64,000 nucleotides of DNA from Paraspadella gotoi (taxonomy: Eukaryota > Animalia > Chaetognatha), in the NCBI GenBank assembly GCA_051294375.1, contig CM119269.1, forward strand, positions 13,238,790 through 13,302,789, read 5' to 3'. The notes beneath the pieces are model-generated. The model saw only the letters and a list, made by a program, of their open reading frames with translations, made no database searches and was not told the DNA's origin. A program made the translations under genes and the position numbers. Shown here piece after piece: positions 27,229-61,125 of the stretch. Each line of letters starts with the position of its first letter. The first letter of the stretch is position 1.

Positions 27229-30030
27229 ATGAAAAAGTTTTTTTACGCTGTCGTTTTGACGTTGACGCTTATTTCGCCTTCGCTGATCGCCGATAAAGTT
27301 TTCTCGTAAGTTTTGTAAGATTTTGTCCCCGTTTATTTAAAACTTAATAAAATGATCGAAAAACACAATACATTTTAATTAAATATCCACGGTTTGACAA
27401 ATAAACCTAATTGGGACGAATAAAAAGGAAATAAGTTTCGACTAAGACTCGGATTAAAAAAGGAATCAGCGAAAAAAGGCGATTGAGAAGGTTAAAGTTA
27501 ATTAATGAAAGGAGCAGCGAGAAGAATCAATCACCCTGTACTTTTTGTTTCGCTTCTTTCGCGTTTCGCTGTAGGTACGACAAACAAAAGGAATGGGCGG
27601 GAGATTGCGGAGGACAGAATCAGTCGCCCATCGATTTTGACTCTAAAAAAGTCGTGGCGTCAAAGTGGGAGGGTCTGACCTTTTATGGATGCCGCATCGG
27701 CCCAGGTTTGAGATTAGCGAAAACGTCACGAGCCTTCTTTTTCTCACTAAAATATTATTCACAGGGACCGGTAATTGTGATCCTTTGTTTTTTACTAGCC
27801 TCATTTCCAAACTCATTTGCTTATATTATTTGTTTTATTTTTTAACGAGTAAGAGAATGACTAGTGGCGATTTATTTACTGGCGAGCTCGTGATAAGTAT
27901 TACTTAAAACACAAATCTAACTTTATTATTGACTATAAACTAATTTAGTATATTATTATCAATTTTAGGCATATTTAAACGTAACTGAGATAAAACGACT
28001 GATCAATAGAATTTTGACCAATAGAGTTTGTCGCTGGACAAGTAAAAAAAAAAATTAAGCAGAAGACCTAAACAATCTTAAAATAGCTGGAATATCGTTT
28101 TCGTTATTAATAAAAAAAAAAGCTGGAACTCAAACTCTTGATAATAAGTAATGCCCATAGGCTTAGAGTATCTTAAAGTTATCTTTAAGTTATCTTTAAG
28201 TTAAAGTAGTCTCTACTCTCTAGTGGCTTACGACCCGCAGTGGCGCCGCCTGCCACTAGACCGTGTGCCTATGTGGATGTTGCAACCTCGTTATAAAAAT
28301 TTACGCAAACTCACTTTTTGTACATTCGCATTGAAAGTCCTTTTGTTTTTTTTTTAAATTTTATTAATTAAAATATATAGCTATATATAAGCTATAGGCA
28401 TTGTTCGTCTCGTAAATATCTATTTATTCGTTCTTCGACTCACAGTTAATATCACGAAATCCTCTTCCGGTTTCACGGTGACCGGAAATCAATTCTCCAA
28501 TTGCCGGATGTGGGGCGGTGGACTGGGCGGGACTTACCATCTGGCGCAGTTTCACTTCCATTGGAACTCAAAGGATTTGGTAACTTTTTTTTTATCGATT
28601 CGGCGACTAAGAAATCAATCTTTGTTAAAATTTACAGACTTACAGATTTACAGACTTAGCATTGCGTATTGCATAATTAAAACAAACACTTTCTTTTAGT
28701 ATTCTGGAGCTGAACATGTTTTAGATGGAAAGACTTACGGATTTGAAGTTCATTTCGTCTTTTACCACAAGTAAATATGATTTCTAATTCGAAAATATTG
28801 TGTCAATTTTATTTTAAATTTTATTGTTATTCTGCCTATTATGCCTTCGTCAAAAATAAAGACTGGCTCCCGGAGAAAATGGTTCTAGGATATCACTCAT
28901 TAAACTTTAATACATTTATTTTCATTAATTAATTAATTCATTAATTCATTAATTCATCCGTTCGTTCGATCCGCGATTTGAAAGGGACTACCCAAGTTTG
29001 GCCGAGGCGCTGAAGGGCGGAAAGAGTTTGGCACTCGCCGTCGTCGGGGTTTTGTACGAAGCCAAAGATGAAACACAAGAACAACTCGGAAAAGTCGCGA
29101 AAGATGTCGCTGAATTCACCTCGGTTCCTGGTGAGAAGAAATGTAGGAAACAACGGAACAATTAAATAAACAAATAAATAAACAAATAAATTGGTAATTA
29201 ACCTAACAAATCAACAACAAATATACAAATAAATAATAATAAAAAAATGAATCTTAATCAATTCTCAAGATTTAAGAACGAAATGGACGAATGCTCTGAA
29301 CGGCGAACAACTGACGGATTTTATGCCCAACGAACTCTGGTCTTTTTATCGATACAACGGAAGTCTCACCACACCCGGGTGCAACGAGCAGGTGCGAGAA
29401 TCGGGTGCTAAAAAATGGATTCATTAAAAGGTGCCCTTTAAAAGTTGTGACTTTGGCGGAAAAAGAATAAAAATATGAAATATTATTATAAATGAATAAA
29501 TAAATAATGATCAATTTCGTAATTTGCTGGTCCCTCGGATTAACAGGTGATTTGGTCGGTGTTCGATCGCGCGCTTCCAGTGGCCAAAGACGACCTTACT
29601 CAGATTCACGCTGCCGGAAACCTTACCTTTAACAACCGGAAAGTTCAACCCCGGGGCAGCAGAACGGTGAGGAAAGGCTGCGTTTGATTTAATTTTTTTT
29701 TACTTTAAATTCAAAAGCATTTCGTATACATTAAGAAAAGAGTATATATATATATACAAAAGGTCGAAATTGAAAACGAAAATTAAAGCATGAATTTTGT
29801 ATTTGCTAAAAGCGTTCGCGATACGAAATAAATCATCATCATAATGTAATTTGTGTCGTCAGGTTTGGCGGAACGAGGGAACCAAAATCAGAATCGACGA
29901 CGGCGGCGGCGGCGGCCCTTCACTTTGCTTGGAATATGATGATCCGGTCGTCTGCTCCGCCTCGATCTCGTTCGCCGATAACGTCGTCGTGATCGTCGTC
30001 GTCTCTATCGTCTTCGTCAACGTTCCATAG
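27229..30030 (+). CDS. Alpha-carbonic anhydrase, secreted or GPI-anchored type, 322 aa; exons 27229-27305, 27575-27705, 28446-28579, 28700-28770, 28985-29130, 29270-29391, 29547-29666, 29863-30030
   Basis: Exons splice in frame without stops. Signal peptide MKKFFYAVVLTLTLISPSLIA; CGGQNQSPIDF; Zn ligands QFHFHW and EVHFV; [38 protein letters not shown]; hydrophobic C-terminal tail. Confidence 0.95.
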
Positions 30031-30439
30031 CGACGAAAAAACTCTTAACATTGCATTCGATCATTTTTAAATTTAAATTTAAATTTAAAGGCTAAATTAT
30101 AAAATAGTTTTCCTTTTCACTTTTACGAACAGTTTGGTAAACTTGTAATCATTATATGATACGCCACTTGCCATGTTGTATAATATGACGGAAAAACAAC
30201 GCTCTATTATGTATAAAACCTTACTTCATTTGAAATATATGCATTTATTTTTACGATTGAATTGTCACGAACCATTAAAACATTACATATTACATAACAA
30301 GATGCCTATTTTTATTTACAATTTCTTTTAAATTACTAGACACATAGTGTTTCCGACTTAAAAGAAAAAAAGAACCGGCTAAATTTTACTTTCGTTGAAA
30401 AACCATTTAAAAATACTTTTTTTTAAACAAAAATTTAAA

Positions 30440-30550
30440 AAAATATTACCAATTACCCTAACCCTAAACCCTTTTAACCCTAACTACCCCTAACCTTAAA
30501 CCACCACTAAACCACCCTTAACCCTAACACCTCCTTAACCCCGGTAAGTA
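30440..30550. repeat. Degenerate (CCCTAA)-like simple repeat; mirror at 14765-14875; similar tract at 26480-26690
   Basis: ACCCTAACCCTAAACCC...; imperfect and interstitial. Confidence 0.6.
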
Positions 30551-30621
30551 AAAAAAAAGTAACCCAAAAAAAACCCTTATAATTATTAACATGCCAGTGT
30601 TTTTGTTTTTTTAGATAGATT

Positions 30622-31278
30622 TATGGTGGAATTAAAATACACCAACCGTTTATCAGCGGCCATTGGTGCCGGAGACAAGTCATTCGCCTCCCAAACCCAA
30701 AGGCTCGGGGTTCTAGCCCGGTGGGCTCGTCCTAGCAGTAAGAGGAGGCGGGGTGCTTAACCCGCCTGTAACTCGCTGTTACAGCCTGATCCGAAGCTCA
30801 GGACTGCTTATATTCAACCGTTCTATCACTAACACATAATAATAATTACTTGTCTCTTTCATTGGTGAGCCCGACTTCCGAACACAACAGCAACAACACT
30901 TTCAGGCGACAGGCCTCAACCTGGCGATGCACTTTCCGCAACAACACATCAGGCAACATGCCTCAACTTGGTGACGCACTTTCCACCAACAACAATTCAC
31001 TGAAGAGACGCAACAGACTTTCTCCTTACGGGAGGGGGGATGTATGGTGGACTAAAATCCACCAACCGTTCATCAGCGGGCCATTGGTGCCGGAGACAAG
31101 TCATTCGCCTCCCAACCCAAAGGTCCGGGGTTCTAGCCCGGTGGCCGCCTAGAAGTTAAGAGGACGGGGCGCTTAACCCGCCTCCTAACTCGGTGTTACA
31201 GCCTGATCCGAAGCTCAGGGACCGCTTATATTCAACAGTTCATATCACTAACACATAATAATAATTACTGTCTCTTCA
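30622..31278 (+). mobile_element. TRIM (miniature non-autonomous LTR retrotransposon) with tRNA-like sequence in both LTRs
   Basis: Direct repeats ~30622-30861 and 31041-31278 (the second is TGT...TCA). PBS-like TGGTGAGCCCGAC at 30863. Polypurine tract GGGAGGGGGGA at 31030-31040. Candidate 4-bp TSD GATT at 30618-30621 and 31279-31282. Confidence 0.85.
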
Positions 31279-31987
31279 GATTGTATATTTAATAATGAAA
31301 TTCATAATCGTTATGATAGACTGACAGTCTTCGTTGTCGTCGTCGTCTTTTTTTTTTTTTTTTGCACCTGCCCGATTTTGATAAATAATGTTTGTTCGTT
31401 CGCTCGTGATCCGTGATTTTCACGATGGAGACAAATTGTTAAAAAAATAAACCGTGAAATATTTTTTACATTTTTATGATTTTGGATCCCGCTATCTGTC
31501 TGTCTGACTGTCTGTTCGTCTTTCGAGCTCCATGTCTCATGTCCTATGCTGATTATAAACTTTAACTAGGATGTGGACTAAAAAATGATAAAAAAACAAA
31601 AACAAAACAAAAAACAAAACAAAACAAAACAAAAAAATATTATTTAATTCGAAGAGGACAAATTTTTTTCCTTCATATTATTAAACCCATTTAATGATCT
31701 AAAACTACTTAATGAAAAAATATTCATAATTTATCATGAATAATAATAAATAAATAAAACGAAATAGATATACATGTATATATATATATATTATATATAC
31801 GTTAATTAAATGTTACTTCTGTGTACACTGTATAGGAAAACTTTCAAAGAAGTCATCTTCATCAGCCTTTGCTGTTTTTAAATCTCATTCACGTAATATA
31901 TTCGGAGTTTAAATTTTAGCGACCGGACAATAGATAGCTCTTCGTAAAATTGCGTGGCTCATACCAGGGAAAAAAAAGTGAAAGTGA

Positions 31988-32034
<47 letters not shown>

Positions 32035-32262
32035 CATAAAATTTCACCACATTACTCCACAGTCATTACTTATTCACAGTTATTTTAAAACTTAGTTCAT
32101 TAACCTTTTAGCAATTGGTATTTAACTAGCAATTCATTAACCACTTCATAACTTCATAACTAATCCGTAATATCAGCATCTTCATCATCTTCAACATCAA
32201 AATCTTCTACATCATCGACGCTGATCGCGAAAGGCTTTCTCGCTTTCACCTTCCACCCACAC

Positions 32263-32321
<59 letters not shown>

Positions 32322-32639
32322 CACCATCGGCTGAAGTTTGATCTGTGAAGCGAAGAATTTCTGCTTAAAATTATCATCTCTCTTTTTCCTTGGTTTTTGC
32401 TCCGTGAAGATTTAAGCAAAGAGGTAACTTTATATCATCACTTTGTAATTAAAATTATAAACTATTTTCGGTTTTAAAGTCCAAAAAATAAGCGATAATT
32501 TTTTGTTCTAAGGAAACATCTCATAAAAGTAAGGCCACAACCAAAACCGAAAAGTAAGGCCCCAACCAAAATCGCAACAGGGTATTAGCAATTATGATTT
32601 TGACGTTTTCTCTACTTGCATAATAAACGAGACACATAA

Positions 32640-32765
32640 CTGGAACGACCAATCAAAAGGCCGGCATCAACAATCGCGTCCAAACAATCAGTTACAACTA
32701 GCTTAAATCAGGACCAATCATTTTTCACCCGGAACAATCAGCTTGAACCTCGTACCAATCAGCTT
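32640..32765 (+). promoter_or_regulatory. Cluster of CCAAT/ACAAT-type boxes upstream of the paramyosin-like ATG
   Basis: ACCAATCA at ~32648, ~32713 and ~32755, plus AACAATCA at ~32682 and ~32733, within 120 bp. Confidence 0.35.
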
Positions 32766-32769
32766 GACC

Positions 32770-56145
<23,376 letters not shown>

Positions 56146-56727
56146 CAATCGACTTTTCACTTAAACTTAAACGAAAACATAACAGTATAAATAAATCAGT
56201 CAGCTGAATCCGAAATACTATTTTTTAACGTTAAAAAGAAAATAAAAACAAGTCAAAAATACAAAACAAATATTTGCAAATCATGCCCTTTTTAAATTTG
56301 ATACATAAAATATTCAGACTTAAAACAATAGAATTAATTTTGATGCATTTTTTAAAAATTTATCGTAATTAAAAGCTAATAAATAAGAAGTTAAAAAAGT
56401 AATCGTTTTCCAAAAATTTATTGATACAAAATTATTTCATGACAATAACAAAATTAATTACACAAGAAATTTCAGCAGTTTTAAATCTACAATCATGATA
56501 AAAAGTCCTAATACTGTTAGTGGTGTTATTAATTTACGTTATAAAAATTAAAATCAAAATGTTGTTGAGACAGACTTAAAAACAGCTTTAAAACATAAAG
56601 TTATTTTCATCTTCAAGAGTTCCAAAATCAATATGTACCCAAATTCTCCAAATTTATAATTCTACAAAAAAAAAAAAAAAAAAAATCTAAACTGGGAATG
56701 ACTAGAACTTCCAAGATTCATCAATCA

Positions 56728-58755
56728 TCATGCTTGCTTAACGCTCGCCATTTTTATTCTGAAAAACAAAATGACATCAGTGAAATCAAATTAAAAGTTT
56801 GAATGCATAGAAGAGGGGGAATGCGCCGTATTTAAAACTTTCTTTTCACGTAATCGCATAAGTACTAAAATATGAAACATACACACAAGAGACCGGCTCG
56901 CTAAGTAAAGGCTTTACTATCTCAGTATTTTATAATGATTAATAAAATTTTTTTTATACATGGGAGCTCACTAAATTAATATTTTGACTCATGTAGTAAA
57001 CGATAAATAAAATAAACTACTATTACCTTTCGGTTTCCCCGCCCTCCGATTTCTGTTTCAACTTGTAATAAATTCCAGCAATGACTGCGATGATGATGAC
57101 GATGACGGCGATCACGATTCCTGCAATCGCCCCGCCGCTCAATTCTAGGCGGAATTGAGAAATGTCTTTATTTTTAACTACATTTAATTATTTATTGTAT
57201 TTACTAATTATTAGTTTTATTTATTTAATCATTTAGATTTAAAAAATAAATATTTGTTAAAAATTGGTCGACATTTTTGTTCTCTAAATTTAAACGCGAA
57301 GAATAGAAAGAAGCTACCAAAATTATTTAATTAATTAATTAATTAATTAAATATTTAATTAATTAATTAATTAATTAATTTATTTATTTTTTTTCTTTTA
57401 TTTTTTATAATTTTTTTTTATTTATTTTTTTTCATTTATTTATTTTGTATTTATTTATTTGTTTGTTTATTTGTTTATTTTTTATTTTGTAATATAAAAA
57501 TTAGCGAAAACTCTTACCGTCGTCGTCCGGTGCTTTTGTTGCTGCAATAGTGGGCTGCTGTGTCGGTGGCTGCGTAGCTGTCGCACTCGAAGTTGTCGGT
57601 TCCGTCGTCGTCTGCGCGAAAGAGTCTTTGATGGATTGATAAACGACTCCGCCGGAGTTAATCTGTAAAATGGCGGGAAAATCATAAAAAAATGTGAAAT
57701 GGACACCTTGACGACACCTCCCCACAGGAAAGCCAAGCTCTTCCTATCCCATATAAACAAATAAATAACATTAAAGTTATTTGGGTCCGTTAATAAAATC
57801 TTTATTTGCACATATTGTATTTTGTATTTTCTCTTAAGATTTTTTAACTTTTATAGGAAAAGTACCTTTAGAGATGAAACGAAAAATTCGTTGTAATAGT
57901 AATTTTTTTATTTTTATTAATGTACATGTTTCGACTCTTAGTGTTAATAAAAATAAAAAAAATTGCTATTACAACGAATTTTTCGTTTCATCTCTAAACT
58001 ATTTTAAATAGCAAAAAAGAAAGTCAAAATACAATGTCTACAAGGAAAAGTACCATACATTACGAAAAAAAAGAAGCCGTTATGTGTCAGGATCCTTCAA
58101 TTTTATTTCCTTTAGCTTTTCCCGCCTCTTCCCCCAATCAGTAATTCTGACTGGCGTCGCTGGGAGAAATTTTAAGCTGTTGACCCTGTTGAGGATCCGT
58201 AGTGCCTCCGCCCCTGCGCCCTGCGACCTTGCGCCCCTTCTCCCCTCCGACCCTGTTGAGGATCCTTAGTACCTCTGCCCCTGCACCCCACTAGTCGTTC
58301 TCGCTTGGTAACGAGACCCTGGGAGATTTCCCGTCAATCACCCTGTAAGCTCCTATCTTGCCCCCCCCCCAGCACCCGGACCCTTCAAAAATGGTCAATG
58401 ACCATTGGTCATGGTCAGCATTGGTAGAGCCGCTTCCGGGAATTTTTATATAAACGTTCTATTAATCAATAGTAACTACTTGGATACGTGTTGTATGTAT
58501 TAATTCTAAAATGCCGACCTGAATAGCGCCATTATTGACGTCATCTACAAATCCATTGTAGCTTTCAGTTAGATCCGGTTCGTTATTAAGTTGAAGGATC
58601 GAAGTCCTAACGCCGATCGAACCTGAAAAAGAGACAATCTCTCTTACTCACAATCTCTTTTTCTTCTCTTTTCTTTTCTTTTCTTTTCTTTTCTTTTCTT
58701 TTCTTTTTTCTTCTTTTCTTTTCTTTTCTTTTTTTCTTTCTTTCTTTTTTTCTTA

Positions 58756-58838
<83 letters not shown>

Positions 58839-61053
58839 TATTTCTTTCCTTCTTTCTCACTTCACCATTATATAAAATTGTGTCGCCGATATTTTCGTCC
58901 TTCAAGCCTCCCAATTTCGCTTTAATCGTGTCCTCGCAAGCCCTGATAAGTTCTGCTCGCTGCGTCGCGTTCAAATCCGCCAAATTTCCAGGGACGCGGA
59001 AATCAATCGGGAAGGATTTGTTGACCGGCACTGGGATCTCCCTCACCTTATAAAAAAGAAAATAAAGAAATTAAAAAAATATAGACAATGCTTTTATTTC
59101 TTTTGAAAAAATACATTTTCATTTTCAATTTGGTTCTCTTTTTTTTTATTATTATATTTGGAATTATTAATTTATCTATTTATTTCAAATGGTTTTTATT
59201 AATTATTGGTGTGACCCCCACCGTCGACCGGGACTCCCCCTCACCGTCGAGTTCTGCGCCGGAGCCGTGAAGTTTCTGTCTCCGATTTTCAAGTCGGCTT
59301 TTCCGGCGGAGAGGCTCGCCAAGAATGCCGCGACTGCAGTGTCGAGGGCGGCCGCGTCTGTCTCTTCCGTCCCTTTGGCAGTCAACATCACCGTCGCTGT
59401 CACGGTTGCTGCAAAAAGTTCGATGGAGACTTTAACAAGAACGATTCCATTGTTCAATGCGCCGCATCGACGATCGATCACTTATTCTTTCTATCTCTGC
59501 CTTCCTCCTGCTGTTTTCTTTTTCGTCGAGGTTCGAAAATGTGTTATTCAGATTTTCCGTAACACTTTTCTCTCTCCAACTTTACGTCTATTCAACGTAA
59601 TGTTCCCGGACTGACAGACAGACAGACAGACAGAAAAGCCTCGACTAAGCGTGACTAATAAAGACGTTTTCCATCTTAGTTGTATTCTTAATCAAGATTC
59701 TCATAATGCTTTTCCTTTTACTTATTATTACAATGTCTGTTAATCGAGTTTATAATATCCCCTCCCGGACAGACTGACAAACAGACATAGAGTAAGACCA
59801 TCTGAAAAAAGAAAGCAATATATATTCATCTGATTCGCAATTGAAGATAATTTTTGGGTGATTGGAATTCTGAATTTATTTTGTCCTCTCTTCTCTTCAT
59901 TATTTAAAATATTGTAACCATTAACCAGTCTCCGATCTATTCATATCTTCTAAATATTCCAACCCTTATCCCTTACCCTAACTCACCCGCTCCGAAGTTT
60001 AGGACGACTTCGACGTCATCGTCATCCAAGTTGAGCCTTTTAGCCAAATACTCTTCCAAATCTTCTTTGAATTCTTCGCGTATCGTTTGGTTGTCGAGTC
60101 CAGCTTCAGTTGCGTTCACGTCGATGGTGAACGTGAAATTGACCTTGAAAGGAGGACGGGGTCAGGGAGTAATAATTCAGAAAATAAAAAATAAGGAAAA
60201 AAAGAAACGGTAATTCCAAATATGAAGTTATGGCAACGGAAGGACATGTGTGATGCCTGGGGTGTGAGGCATCTCCCGACAGCTGGCACTCAGGGCTTTG
60301 GACCTGCAGTGACCACCCCATGTCACTGGCGTGTTTATGCCGACACCATCACACTTTAACCAGCGTGACCGTGAGGGGATGAAACCCGGAACTCACGGTT
60401 GGTGAACCAGTACTTAGCTGTTTAGGATTCCCCACAAAGTCCCTGATACAGAGCGACCGAAAGTTACGAATTCTTGCGGCGCAACTAAAAAAGCCCAATT
60501 ACCTGCTTCGGGTTGGGATCCACGAAAGGCGGCGCTGGCGTCGCGAGCGGGACGAGACTCTTCACGAAAGTGTTCTTCTTCGATTTTTTCTTATCATCGT
60601 CGATTTGGACGACGAATTCGGCGCGATCGACGGCGGCGCGGATGAAGTCGAGGCGATCCTTGAAGGCGGGATCCCCGTTGAGACGATCCAAGCGGACGGA
60701 GACGCTGAAGGCGCCTTGGCGGGCTGGGGGAGAGGGTTGGGGTGGGGCGGGTTGGATGGGGGGAGGTGAAGAGTGACCGTTATTGATTGAAAGTTGCGAA
60801 AAAAGTTGTTTTTTTTATCTAATTAAATTTTGGATTTTTAAATATTATTTAAATAAACTGCCCTAAACTTTTTTAAGCATTTTTATTGGTTAAAAATGAT
60901 ATTTAGGTATGTTTATGTGTATAATAACTGTGGGTTGGCGACTTATTTATCTTGTCTATCTTTTTTAATATTTTTTTCCGTCAGTATAAACCNNNNNNNN
61001 NNNNNNNNNNNNNNNNNNNNNNNNNNNNNNNNNNNNNNNNNNNNNNACATATA

Positions 61054-61125
<72 letters not shown>

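Larger units (their letters stand above)
14760..30555. repeat. Large inverted duplication (arms 14760-22970 and 22996-30555) centred on an N-gap
   Basis: The left arm is the reverse complement of the right arm along its length (e.g. 14761-14880 vs 30440-30555; CA exons mirrored). The left arm is indel-rich. Confidence 0.95.

Noticed and set aside
30440-30550. Telomere or chromosome-breakage site at the palindrome edge
   Set aside because: Repeats are short, degenerate and internal; unique sequence continues beyond them.
30657-30730. Functional tRNA-Gly gene
   Set aside because: D-arm and anticodon stem pair poorly, there is no T-run terminator, and it lies inside a duplicated LTR; treated as tRNA-derived.
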